A DNA stretch of 61,545 nt, taken from the IMG/VR virus record IMGVR_UViG_3300040806_001491, positions 1 through 61,545 of that record; one strand, given 5' to 3'. Made by a program: the position numbers and the translations under genes. The notes beneath the pieces were generated by a model, which saw only the letters and a list, made by a program, of their open reading frames with translations, searched no databases and was not told the origin of the DNA. Of this stretch, positions 8,670-18,190 are shown one piece after another. The stretch comes from a virus (taxonomy: Duplodnaviria > Caudoviricetes). Numbering within the stretch: position 1 is the stretch's first letter; the number at the start of each line of letters is the position of its first letter.

Positions 8670-9670
8670 ATATTTTTTACCTTTGGGATTTTACTATCTG
8701 CACTACTTACACAAGTAGGAGTAATACATTTTTTAGGTTTGCCAAAAATCTTAAAACCATCTGTAATAGTACCAAGAGGTTCGTCATGACAACTATAACT
8801 ACGCTTCACTTCATTCTCTCTTATTACTATTCCCTGATATCCTGCATTGCAGGTCCAGCCTTTAAATTTATTAAAACCAAATGCATTAAATCTTTCTGCT
8901 TGGTCTACATAATACTTATCACCTTTATCGTCCGTAAGTTCTACTTGATATAGAGGTATTAGTTTTTTGTATTCGTCCGGGATTTGCTGTGGGAAACCGG
9001 TTTGCATTTTTTTGATTTGATCTTCTGTATATCCATGTACCACGAAGCTGGCGGTAGGATCGGACTGGGGCTTGAGAGTGACATTAATACCTCTGGCGGC
9101 AAATCGCTCCAAGCGTCCGTAAAGCTCTTCGAACATTTCTGGAACCATAACTTGATTGATTGTAACAAAGGTTCCTCCTTTCATTAGTTGCAAGCATTTG
9201 TCTCCAAACTCTTGCTCGTTTGCAAACTCTGCATGATAACTTGCTGTTATACTTCTGCGTTGCAGAGTTTTAGTGCTGTCTAACCATCTATTCCACCATT
9301 TGCTTCCAGGGCTTAGATTTGTGGTCATATGTATACTTTGGTACTCAGGTGCTGTATCACTACAGTAATGATCTATAATCTCCCCAAAGTATTTATAGGC
9401 TGTAGGCTCGCCGCCACTAAAACTAAAGTGAAAATCTGTAAAGTTATTTGCACGAGCCTGTGCTTTGATACTATCCATAGCCTTTAAGTACGTTTCTAGA
9501 TCTTGGTGGTCAGGGGTACTACATCTTGCGTATGGCCAGCAATAACTACAGTTATAATTACAAAATCTAGCCAGGATCCACGAAACTGTGAAAAGATGGC
9601 TCTTTAGGAGAGTCTTCTGGCCAAACTCAGTAATATTATCCCACGGTATGTCATTAAACTTATTTTGCAT
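8666..9670 (-). CDS. Radical SAM enzyme with C-terminal twitch-like cluster
   Basis: CNYNCSYC, SGGEPT, TTN; C-terminal CNAG...YSC...CITPTCVSSAD. The ATG at 9670 is preferred. Confidence 0.9.
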   Translation of the reverse strand: MQNKFNDIPWDNITEFGQKTLLKSHLFTVSWILARFCNYNCSYCWPYARCSTPDHQDLETYLKAMDSIKAQARANNFTDFHFSFSGGEPTAYKYFGEIIDHYCSDTAPEYQSIHMTTNLSPGSKWWNRWLDSTKTLQRRSITASYHAEFANEQEFGDKCLQLMKGGTFVTINQVMVPEMFEELYGRLERFAARGINVTLKPQSDPTASFVVHGYTEDQIKKMQTGFPQQIPDEYKKLIPLYQVELTDDKGDKYYVDQAERFNAFGFNKFKGWTCNAGYQGIVIRENEVKRSYSCHDEPLGTITDGFKIFGKPKKCITPTCVSSADSKIPKVKNI

Positions 9671-10730
9671 ATAACTCTCTTGAACAGTTTTTAACACACG
9701 TAATACACTTGTTTTCACCTATCCAGTACTGTTCTAATTTTTCCCACATGTCGATTTTTTGCAATAAACCGTCGATATTAGCGGTATTTAGATTAGGAAC
9801 TCCGACATCTATCATTACTTGTTTACTATTGTCTACAGTTATGTCTCTTAATTTTTGTAACACAAAATCACCATTAAGAGGTTCTTCTATCCAATCACTA
9901 CCAATCCAACAACAAGGTAATATATTACCGTAAGGATCTACATATATTTCATTTTTGTTTATACACTGTGGCTCTACTGTAGCATTATCACAAACTTTTT
10001 TTATAAAATTAGGATCTAAAAATGCTTCAATGTTTCCTGCAAACCCAGGATTCCATTTTTCTTGTGTTGCAGGTTCTAGATCGTATATATGTTTACCTTC
10101 TTTATCTTGTACAGCAAATTTTCCTAGATTATAGAATCTTTTGGTGGATTTAAAATTTACTTCTTTAACACCTAAGTTTAAAAGAAATTTTTCTAATTTG
10201 TCTGTTTCGTGTTCATTGTGTGCAAATACTAAACTGTCTACTCTTGCATCGCCGCCGGCTTCTACAAATGCTGTAATACTTTCTATTACTTTTTCAAACT
10301 TAGTATTTCTTCTATATATTTCATGCTTTCCTGCAAATCCGTCAACAGCAAAAATTACTTGTCCGTTTGGACTAATAACATTAGCAAGTTCCTTCCACCA
10401 CTGTGTTGTTCTTAAACTTCCATTGGTATGCAATGCTAGTCGAGTTGTTGGATTGCACTCTCTAACATAAGAATAAATTTCTAAACAATCTTTAGCAAAC
10501 GCAGGATCTCCATAGTTTCCGCAACTATAAAGGTTATTAAGTTTTGATAAAAAATTAGGCGTAAACCATTGTTTAAATTGTTCAATACTGATATCTGCAT
10601 TCTTTATAAATGGTCTGTCAGCACCTCCATTTATATTTCTAGCACACATAGGACATGCTGCTTGGCATTTATCTGTAAGCTCTATATGTAATGCTGTAAT
10701 ATTATCTAAATACTCACGTATTTGTGTCAT
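9660..10730 (-). CDS. Radical SAM enzyme with C-terminal SPASM/twitch-like domain
   Basis: CQAACPMC, CGNYGDP, HTNGS; C-terminal PQC...LPCCW...CITCVKNC. Confidence 0.9.
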   Translation of the reverse strand: MTQIREYLDNITALHIELTDKCQAACPMCARNINGGADRPFIKNADISIEQFKQWFTPNFLSKLNNLYSCGNYGDPAFAKDCLEIYSYVRECNPTTRLALHTNGSLRTTQWWKELANVISPNGQVIFAVDGFAGKHEIYRRNTKFEKVIESITAFVEAGGDARVDSLVFAHNEHETDKLEKFLLNLGVKEVNFKSTKRFYNLGKFAVQDKEGKHIYDLEPATQEKWNPGFAGNIEAFLDPNFIKKVCDNATVEPQCINKNEIYVDPYGNILPCCWIGSDWIEEPLNGDFVLQKLRDITVDNSKQVMIDVGVPNLNTANIDGLLQKIDMWEKLEQYWIGENKCITCVKNCSRELYAK

Positions 10731-12309
10731 TTTTAAATTGCTCCCTAAGCCAATCGAAGTCGTTAATTAATCTTAAACGATCTGGCTTATCGAAATTATC
10801 GTAACCAAACTGACGGCCACTACGAGCGCCACTAGTAGCAAATTTTCCAAAACGAGCATTGACACTTTCTTCGCACCAAGTGTTAAGCCTTTCTTCTGTT
10901 TCTGCATTGTCTTTTCTGTCAATAGTACCACTTGCTAATTTTACACATTCTCTAAATGCTGCTCTCCATGTAGTAAATGGATCAACATCAAATTTTGTAA
11001 TATTAGATACTTGTGCAATACTTTTAAAACTTTTACTAATACTAGTTGTCATGTCAACTGTATTGTCTGGTAAATTACGTGTTAGGTGTGTAGGTAATAA
11101 TTTTACACCTCCATATCCGTATTGCAAATTATTTACAGGATTTTTACTACGCCAAACATGAACAGTATTCTTATCCCAATCTTCTACTTCTAGATAGAAG
11201 TTAAAGTCTTTTACAATTTCAGCATCGCCGTCTACTACCCAAAACATATCTGTTTCTGCAAGATGTGCTGCGGCACGATGTGCGTTTTGTATACCTTTAA
11301 TTCCGTGCATACGTTTGGCCCTTGGAAAACGTTTTTTTAGTTCTTCAAAGTTTTTATCTGCTTCTGGTTCGTCATATGTAATCATTACAATATCATAAAC
11401 GTGAGATTGTATTAGAGAACGTCCTGGTTTATCTATCCTACTAGGATTAATATAAACTTCTTTAAAGAAAGCACTCTGTTCGGCATCCATAGGAGTTACA
11501 GATATTGGTAAATCTAGTTCGTTACGTAAAATCTCGCCGTAATGTTTTGCACCTTCAAATGGGTCATTGTGCTTAATTGTATCAAAGAATGTATTAAGCC
11601 AATCAAAGTCTCTTACATTAACAAAGTCCCAATCAGTTAACATTGTCATATTAAGACCTTGTCTTGCTCCGTAGATTGACCAAATACCGTTTTCTACATC
11701 TGTACCAACATTACACCATATATAAAGCCAATGTAAAGTTCTCCACGGATTGCTTAAAAGTTTTTCTTTGCTAATACGTCTACCATTAGATAGACCCATC
11801 TTAACGCCTTCTCGAAATCCTGCTCTCCAAGCCTGACGTTCGCTTGCGTTATTATACACATCTGAAAAACATTCGTTCATTTGTTTGTAATCTAGATCCC
11901 AACAAAAGTCTACTTGTGCTGCTTCGTTATTAGGATCAGCATTTTCATGTGTACGCATGTTTTGTACAATGTGTTTAGGCCAACATTTAACTCCGCCATT
12001 GCCGTACTGTAAATGATTGATTACATTTTTGCCGCACCAACTGATTACAGTATTGTCGCTTACCATATCTTTAGGTATGCTCCAATTTAATAAACTTGGA
12101 CGTATTCTATTGTCGCCGTCAACTGTAACAAATCTGTCTGTGTCAGCAATATCTGCACAGGCTTTGTGTGCTGCATCCGAACCTTTTACACCATGAACAC
12201 GCTTGGCCCACGGTATCTTAGTTAATAGATCTGCATAATTTTGTTCACAGTTGGGTTCGTCGTAAGACAAAAATATTACATCGAAATCATTTATTCGTAG
12301 TTCGCTCAT
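10714..12309 (-). CDS. Glycosyltransferase with two tandem GT-A-like domains
   Basis: Internal duplication: SYDEP..HGVKG..AH..VDGD..YGNGGVK..WRAGFREGVK and TYDEP..HGIKG..AH..VDGD..YGYGGVK..WRAAFRECVK; DxD motif in both halves. Confidence 0.75.
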   Translation of the reverse strand: MSELRINDFDVIFLSYDEPNCEQNYADLLTKIPWAKRVHGVKGSDAAHKACADIADTDRFVTVDGDNRIRPSLLNWSIPKDMVSDNTVISWCGKNVINHLQYGNGGVKCWPKHIVQNMRTHENADPNNEAAQVDFCWDLDYKQMNECFSDVYNNASERQAWRAGFREGVKMGLSNGRRISKEKLLSNPWRTLHWLYIWCNVGTDVENGIWSIYGARQGLNMTMLTDWDFVNVRDFDWLNTFFDTIKHNDPFEGAKHYGEILRNELDLPISVTPMDAEQSAFFKEVYINPSRIDKPGRSLIQSHVYDIVMITYDEPEADKNFEELKKRFPRAKRMHGIKGIQNAHRAAAHLAETDMFWVVDGDAEIVKDFNFYLEVEDWDKNTVHVWRSKNPVNNLQYGYGGVKLLPTHLTRNLPDNTVDMTTSISKSFKSIAQVSNITKFDVDPFTTWRAAFRECVKLASGTIDRKDNAETEERLNTWCEESVNARFGKFATSGARSGRQFGYDNFDKPDRLRLINDFDWLREQFKNDTNT

Positions 12310-12315
12310 ACTGTT

Positions 12316-12344
12316 ATTATACCTTCTAAAAAGGATTTTGTCAA
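12316..12344 (-). promoter_or_regulatory. Consensus sigma70 (early-type) promoter
   Basis: TTGACA-N17-TATAAT on the minus strand, 6 nt before the ATG at 12309. Confidence 0.85.
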
Positions 12345-12351
12345 TAATTAA

Positions 12352-13758
12352 TTAATTGGCGCCGGCTTCTAAATACAGGATAACTGAAATAGTATCAACT
12401 AGAGTAGCAGAATCTGCAACCCTAACTGAAACCGTTATATTAGCTTGCTCAAAACTAGCTGAGGAATATTCAAAAATTTTCCAATTATTAGCTGATGGAC
12501 GCATCCACGTATTTTCAGCGTTTGTTATAGGATTACCATCTGCATCTACTCCATCATCGCCGGGTGATATTATCATGTTCGATGACACTACTTGCCATTT
12601 CCATTCGTAATCTGTACGTGTTGGTGTAGGAGAGCCATCTGGTAACCAATTAGACCATTGTTGAGATGAAGTATTGCTTATAACTTCTCCATAAGCAATA
12701 AGTCTAGGCGCAAGATTTCCACCTTCATATGTATGTGTAACTTGAGCATAACTACTATATGATGGATTAATTGTCGTATCAAAGAAAGTTATATTGTTTT
12801 TGGCAAAGACAGGTGTTGCAGCATTTGATGCCGATCCTTGACTTGAAACTACCGGATTATATGATACAGGTTGTAGATCATTTGGTAGTCTACTAGGATA
12901 TTTTATGTTTACCGAAAATGCAACATTTGTATCAACATCTTCGTCAATGTAGTCATCTGGATTACCACTATCTAAATCTTGTAAGGATAATCGTGTAACA
13001 AACTTACCAGTACCGGTAAAGTCATCTACTTTTACTTGTATGTTACCAACATTATTACTGTATGTTGAATTTCCTGTAGAGCTTGCTACATTTACAAATG
13101 TAGTATTAGAATAGTCTGTTGTTGTGTACGTATAACTTAGATTATCTATCATGTTTGACCAATCAAGATCTTTGTCTGAAGTTGCACCACTACTAGATGC
13201 TGCTGCAATTATACCACCTAATGCCCTACTAAAGTGTTGTCTATGTACAGCAGGTGTTGCTACGGCTGTTGCGCCTGCCGAATTGGTAGTATAAGTATAT
13301 CCTCCAGGAAATCCCCAAATTTGATCTATTTCAAGTCTTCCGTTCCAAGCAAGCTCATACGAAGCTGATGGAGAGTTAAGTATTGCAAAATCAAAATTTG
13401 TAAGTTGTCCAGACCTAAGTATAGCTGTATCAAGTGCTGATTCTAGTGTATTGTAATCGGCATCGTCAATTTCGTCAGTACTTGCTGCACTAAACCCAGG
13501 ATCAAAAACACTTCCTCCAAAATAAGTATTAAATGTTGTTGCATAATCAAATTCACCAGTTGTAGAATAATACAAAAAGTCCATTATGTCTTCTGCTAGA
13601 TCATTCCAATCACTAGCACTAATAACTGAGGTACTTGATTTTGTAGTTGTCCCAGATCGTAGTTGCTGACCCATATAACTTGCATAATTAGAAACTAATC
13701 TATCTACAAGATTGTTAAACTGGGTATTGAGAATATTGTCGCCTTCACTAACCGCCAT
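12352..13758 (-). CDS. Putative virion fibre/baseplate-associated protein (paralog family A)
   Basis: S/T/G/N-rich; shares WNDL..DI, GFPGGY.Y..N..G and YPS.L motifs with 18191..19537, and a looser pattern with 14206..15711. Confidence 0.55.
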   Translation of the reverse strand: MAVSEGDNILNTQFNNLVDRLVSNYASYMGQQLRSGTTTKSSTSVISASDWNDLAEDIMDFLYYSTTGEFDYATTFNTYFGGSVFDPGFSAASTDEIDDADYNTLESALDTAILRSGQLTNFDFAILNSPSASYELAWNGRLEIDQIWGFPGGYTYTTNSAGATAVATPAVHRQHFSRALGGIIAAASSSGATSDKDLDWSNMIDNLSYTYTTTDYSNTTFVNVASSTGNSTYSNNVGNIQVKVDDFTGTGKFVTRLSLQDLDSGNPDDYIDEDVDTNVAFSVNIKYPSRLPNDLQPVSYNPVVSSQGSASNAATPVFAKNNITFFDTTINPSYSSYAQVTHTYEGGNLAPRLIAYGEVISNTSSQQWSNWLPDGSPTPTRTDYEWKWQVVSSNMIISPGDDGVDADGNPITNAENTWMRPSANNWKIFEYSSASFEQANITVSVRVADSATLVDTISVILYLEAGAN

Positions 13759-14206
13759 TGTTTATAAACCTTAGTCTAGTATGTGTATCAGTTGCTTTAT
13801 ATTGTTTAATATTATGTGTTTGTGATAAACTTTTTATTATACCGTTATGCATGGCGCTATCTGACAATACAAGTATATCTACAAAAAGACTTTTGTTGCG
13901 AACTTCTTGTATAGATAAAGCTATATGATCTGGATTGTTAAACCAATCTTGATTTCCTTGAGAATCTTGACCAAACAAGCAAAACACAAAAGAAGGTACA
14001 CCGTTATATATTTTGCAAGCACTCATTGTTACAGGAACGTCATTATCTTTAGTTAATGTAACAATGTCGCTAGTTTTAAATATACTTTCTGCAAGGAATT
14101 TGTCTACCGAATATCCTAGATTTTTATGTAATAATCTATTACACTGATTCCATAGTGTATCAAATATTTCTTGATCAAAATTAATTATGCTACTAGTTAT
14201 TGTCAT
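13748..14206 (-). CDS. Hypothetical protein
   Basis: 152-aa ORF overlapping both neighbours; no motif recognised. Confidence 0.5.
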   Translation of the reverse strand: MTITSSIINFDQEIFDTLWNQCNRLLHKNLGYSVDKFLAESIFKTSDIVTLTKDNDVPVTMSACKIYNGVPSFVFCLFGQDSQGNQDWFNNPDHIALSIQEVRNKSLFVDILVLSDSAMHNGIIKSLSQTHNIKQYKATDTHTRLRFINNGG

Positions 14207-15711
14207 TATATAAACTCTATTTCAAAATTTCCGCCGTTAAAATTAAAAGAGCTTGGGTAAATTGGCAAGAATTGGCTATTACTGTCTTGCCAAGTAAATT
14301 GTATAAATGCCCAAGTAGCTGCCGATCCGTACTGATATAGTAGTCCGTTTGAAGAAACCGTTTGATTTGTAATTGAAGAAGTTGTAGCAAAAGACCGGTC
14401 TAATGTTTTTGATGTTCCGTTATCTAAATCTCTTACAATCAAAGATGTCCATGTTCCTTGAGATGGTACAGTATTATTAGGATTACCTATATATAAGTAA
14501 GGCAATCCGCCCGTTCCATCTGATTGAGCTATAACGTTACTTATTGCAGCAATATAATTACCGCTCCAGGCAGAATCAAATTTTCCTGCATCTACATCAT
14601 CGATAGTTCCAACAATATTAAGTGTCACATGATTATAACCTGATAGATAAAATTTTCCATCGTAGACAATAGAAGAGCTACCTTGGGAAACAGTGCTAGT
14701 GGTAGGGCCGCTGCCACCGCCTGTAGTTGTTGTGGTAGCACTAATCGAAGGCTTCCATTTGTTAACCAAATGTCCTGGATAGTAGACTCTCACACTCAAG
14801 TTAAAATTAGTAGTAACAGCTTCGTCGTATGCTGCTTCAGTATAATCTGTACCTGAGCCGTCACCATCAGAGCCATCTATATAGTGCAAGGCATAGTGTA
14901 TTACATTTGAACTGTCTCTTCTACATATTAATCTTAATACATTTCCTGAATATGCTGTGCTCGTTTCTGTTTGTAGGGTCGAATAGTTACTCCAATTATC
15001 AGACAAAGTAATACTTGTTATAGGCCAAGGATTATGTATATAACTTATGTTGTTTAACATACTTTTAACATCTTCGTCTTTTGATGTTCCGTTACTACCA
15101 GTACCTGAAGCTGTTATAACAATACGGCCGCCACATTGTGTCATAAATCGTATCTTGTTAGTATTATTACCAGTATAGCTAGCTGTTGCACCATTTATAT
15201 TAGTTGCTACAGTGCCATCAGCATCTGTACCACTCCAGTCTACACCCATTTCACAAAAGATTTTTGCGTTATCATCATCTGCGGCTACATTTGTAGTAGA
15301 CGATGCGTTACCTGTAATACTACTAGTAAAGTTTGAATAGCTTGGCTGTCCAGCTTGTTTGGCAAGATCAATTCCATTCTGTAATTGATTTATATCTTGA
15401 TATCTAATTTCTGATCCAAAAACTTCTGGACTGTTATAGCTATCATTGCCGTTATTAAAATTAGAGTTTGAATTAAAAATTAAATTGTAACATTCTGATA
15501 ATGTAAATGATCCTACTTGTGTTGCAAAATAAAAATCTCTAGTGTCAAGTGCAAGTTTTTCAAGATCAAAGTCATTTACAAAAGTAGATACCCTATTATT
15601 TGCGCCTCGGCAAGGCTGACCGTATACAGTAGAATAACTATCTATAATTTGTTGTATCAAACTATCAATATGATCTACTCTAATTTCATCGTTTTGTGCT
15701 ACCGATACCAT
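14206..15711 (-). CDS. Putative virion fibre protein (paralog family A) with Thr/Gly linker and distinct C-terminal domain
   Basis: GGRIVITASG, RVYYPGHL, linker ATTTTTGGGSGPTTST; preceded by a late promoter and an AGGAG RBS. Confidence 0.55.
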   Translation of the reverse strand: MVSVAQNDEIRVDHIDSLIQQIIDSYSTVYGQPCRGANNRVSTFVNDFDLEKLALDTRDFYFATQVGSFTLSECYNLIFNSNSNFNNGNDSYNSPEVFGSEIRYQDINQLQNGIDLAKQAGQPSYSNFTSSITGNASSTTNVAADDDNAKIFCEMGVDWSGTDADGTVATNINGATASYTGNNTNKIRFMTQCGGRIVITASGTGSNGTSKDEDVKSMLNNISYIHNPWPITSITLSDNWSNYSTLQTETSTAYSGNVLRLICRRDSSNVIHYALHYIDGSDGDGSGTDYTEAAYDEAVTTNFNLSVRVYYPGHLVNKWKPSISATTTTTGGGSGPTTSTVSQGSSSIVYDGKFYLSGYNHVTLNIVGTIDDVDAGKFDSAWSGNYIAAISNVIAQSDGTGGLPYLYIGNPNNTVPSQGTWTSLIVRDLDNGTSKTLDRSFATTSSITNQTVSSNGLLYQYGSAATWAFIQFTWQDSNSQFLPIYPSSFNFNGGNFEIEFI

Positions 15712-15714
15712 TTT

Positions 15715-16224
15715 TTACTCCTGTGTAGTATATTTATTTGATTTTAAAGTAAAGGTTTTATCATACGGAGCAACAAAAAATCTCTTGTTTTGATAAGAAC
15801 GTTTATGAACTAGTTTATCTTTTGTAAAATTAAGAGTATCTATAGCAAGGCCGGGATCTTTTTCTGTTACGTAAACAACAATAGTTCCATTAAATTCAAA
15901 ATGTGTTTTCATTGATACAGTGTCTTCTTCAACTGTTAACTCTACTTGAGCATTTGTTGATTGAACAATTTCTATTAGATTAGATTTAATATGTATTGAA
16001 TTGCTCTTTTCAATCTTTTCTAATCTAGGTTTTTTCGTTATAGGATTTTCTACAACAACTACATCTTTTGGAATTTTCCGCCAGGCAGAAAATATCTCTA
16101 TTTGATCTGCAGGACTATAATCGTCAATTGTTAGATAACGGCTTGTAGATCCTTTGTAAGGTGCATCTGGTTGTACTTCTTGTATTTGTCCTTCTTTGTT
16201 ATAATGTATGTACCAAACTACCAT
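15715..16224 (-). CDS. Hypothetical protein
   Basis: 169-aa ORF, last gene of the GT8-like operon; GGAG RBS. Confidence 0.55.
   Translation of the reverse strand: MVVWYIHYNKEGQIQEVQPDAPYKGSTSRYLTIDDYSPADQIEIFSAWRKIPKDVVVVENPITKKPRLEKIEKSNSIHIKSNLIEIVQSTNAQVELTVEEDTVSMKTHFEFNGTIVVYVTEKDPGLAIDTLNFTKDKLVHKRSYQNKRFFVAPYDKTFTLKSNKYTTQE
15731..15738 (-). promoter_or_regulatory. Late promoter AATAAATA
   Basis: Upstream of the AGGAG RBS and the ATG at 15711. Confidence 0.55.
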
Positions 16225-17023
16225 AATAGTACTCCATTTTTAATTCATCGCAAAAGTGCTTTTCTGTATAATGAAAAACACCTGTTTGTTTATAACCGCC
16301 TACATATAAATCTAAATCTTCTGTTAAGTAGTGTGTAGCAATTTCAGTCCAAGGTTTGTTATAATTGGGCCAATCTTGACATTTAGATTTCATATGCACA
16401 AACGAAATCAAATCGTGTGAACTAGTAATTTGTTCTGTTATACCTAGCATTTCACTAGCTATAGCTGTACTTACATCAATACTAGCCCATGGTTGTTTTT
16501 TCCATAGTTTTATGTCATGCCAATTTGTCATTACCCACTTTAATTGATCAAAGAATTTTTTTGATAACTCTGTTTTTTTAAAATAGTATATTGCACTATA
16601 GAAATCTGGAAGATAATTAGCATCAAATGTAGCTCTATAGTATCTACTAGTTACATTATTATTTCTAAATGTTTTAACATTTGTACAAAAGTAAAGCTCA
16701 TAGTTAGATAAAAAATTCCACTTAATGTCAAAGTTATCTAATATCAACATATCTGTATCAAATACTACAGTTTCGTCGTAGGGAGTAAGGTCGTATGCTG
16801 TAACTCTATTTTCTATTTTCCAATTACTGTTTATAGCTAGATCATTTTCTATAGGTATAATTTTATCAAAAAACTTTTGATATTTTTTAGGTACTTTATC
16901 ATTTGTTACAATACTAACTAAACTACCAGGTGTAGATGAATGTATGCTCATTGCTAATAAACATGCTTGATTTACATAATTATACTCGGAGTTTTGCGCA
17001 AAAAATAAAAATCCTTTACTCAT
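16199..17023 (-). CDS. GT-A fold (GT8-like) glycosyltransferase
   Basis: KGFLFFA..Y..A..LA.SI, VTND, YDLTPYDETVVFDTDML (DxD), FVHMK. The ATG at 17023 is an ATGA overlap with the upstream stop. Confidence 0.7.
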   Translation of the reverse strand: MSKGFLFFAQNSEYNYVNQACLLAMSIHSSTPGSLVSIVTNDKVPKKYQKFFDKIIPIENDLAINSNWKIENRVTAYDLTPYDETVVFDTDMLILDNFDIKWNFLSNYELYFCTNVKTFRNNNVTSRYYRATFDANYLPDFYSAIYYFKKTELSKKFFDQLKWVMTNWHDIKLWKKQPWASIDVSTAIASEMLGITEQITSSHDLISFVHMKSKCQDWPNYNKPWTEIATHYLTEDLDLYVGGYKQTGVFHYTEKHFCDELKMEYYYGSLVHTL

Positions 17024-17811
17024 AGATACTCCTCTAACCAATATTTGTTCATAACATGGATATCACAATTTTCTAATCTTACTGGTATTTTAATTCTCTT
17101 GGCAGATGTTATTGCTTTAAATTCTGTGTCAGATAGCAAAATTGGGGTGTCTTTATCTAAACTGTAGTACATTTTTCCTGGTAGTATATCTGCAAAATTA
17201 TTATCTAACAGATTTAACGCAATACTAAAAAGATAGTCATTTCTAAACATGTCATTTTTAAATTTATACTGATCTACATAATATCTATAATTGTTTTGTA
17301 TAACATTAAGTAAATCAAAAAATTGTTTTACTTCTTTAGTTTTTTGAAAACAAAACACTGTAGCCCAGTAGAACATTGGTCCAATTGAACTAGTATAAGT
17401 AAATTCGTCCCTATCTCTATCAGGATGAATATCTACAGCATCTTTATAAATTTGAAACTGTCTATCTAATTCAAAAGAGTGTTTTAGTGTGTCTGAACAT
17501 AACATATAATCAACATCCATTACCAGCGTTGTATCAAACGGTGTTAGATCGTATGCTTTAGATCTTGCTGTATTTCGAAATGTAAGGGTATTAGTTGTTT
17601 TAGAGCCGTTAGAATATATTCTTTTGCTAAAGGTATTCTTTTCTTGATAATTAATTACTTTTACAAAACTTTTAGATTTTATGTCACTGTCTGTTACAAG
17701 TGCAACAGGAACATCTAAATATTTTTTTATTCTTCTAGCACATTCTTCTGCCTGTTTTATATAATTAATTTGTTCATTAGCAAAAGCAAATAAAAGTACG
17801 CCTTTATCCAT
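17020..17811 (-). CDS. GT-A fold (GT8-like) glycosyltransferase
   Basis: KGVLLFA, VALVTD, YDLTPFDTTLVMDVDY (DxD), FRND, IHVMNK; paralog of the downstream gene. Confidence 0.7.
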   Translation of the reverse strand: MDKGVLLFAFANEQINYIKQAEECARRIKKYLDVPVALVTDSDIKSKSFVKVINYQEKNTFSKRIYSNGSKTTNTLTFRNTARSKAYDLTPFDTTLVMDVDYMLCSDTLKHSFELDRQFQIYKDAVDIHPDRDRDEFTYTSSIGPMFYWATVFCFQKTKEVKQFFDLLNVIQNNYRYYVDQYKFKNDMFRNDYLFSIALNLLDNNFADILPGKMYYSLDKDTPILLSDTEFKAITSAKRIKIPVRLENCDIHVMNKYWLEEYL

Positions 17812-18133
17812 TAACCAGCCCTTGTACAGAACGATTAGACTTTAATTCTTCATATGCATCAAAGTAAGATTGTAAAGCATTATTTCTTGCTTTTACAAGT
17901 GTTGCTAAAAACTCATCTATATTAGAAATACGAATAGGAGTACCTTTGTCATCGATCTCTATAGTACTAAGGGTATTATGTTCAATAGTATTAAGATAAC
18001 TTATACGAGACGTTGATGCAGAAAATTCTCCTCCATTATAAAATATAATTAAATCAGTTTCAAATTTTTCTTTAAGTAATCTTTTTTGATTAGAGAAAGT
18101 TTTTGCATAATTTGCAAAGTCATAAACGTCCAT
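17804..18133 (-). CDS. Hypothetical protein
   Basis: 109-aa ORF with a GGAG RBS downstream of a sigma70 promoter. Confidence 0.6.
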   Translation of the reverse strand: MDVYDFANYAKTFSNQKRLLKEKFETDLIIFYNGGEFSASTSRISYLNTIEHNTLSTIEIDDKGTPIRISNIDEFLATLVKARNNALQSYFDAYEELKSNRSVQGLVNG

Positions 18134-18156
18134 AATGATACTCCAAGTCTAAGTAT

Positions 18157-18185
18157 ATTATAACTTATCTATTAATAAAAGTCAA
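18157..18185 (-). promoter_or_regulatory. Sigma70 (early-type) promoter
   Basis: TTGACT-N17-TATAAT on the minus strand. Confidence 0.8.
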
Positions 18186-18190
18186 GAGTT

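Noticed and set aside
2810-10730. 7-deazaguanine DNA modification cluster (QueC plus QueE)
   Set aside because: The radical SAM proteins carry extra twitch-like Cys clusters unlike QueE, and no FolE, QueD or DpdA gene is in the window.
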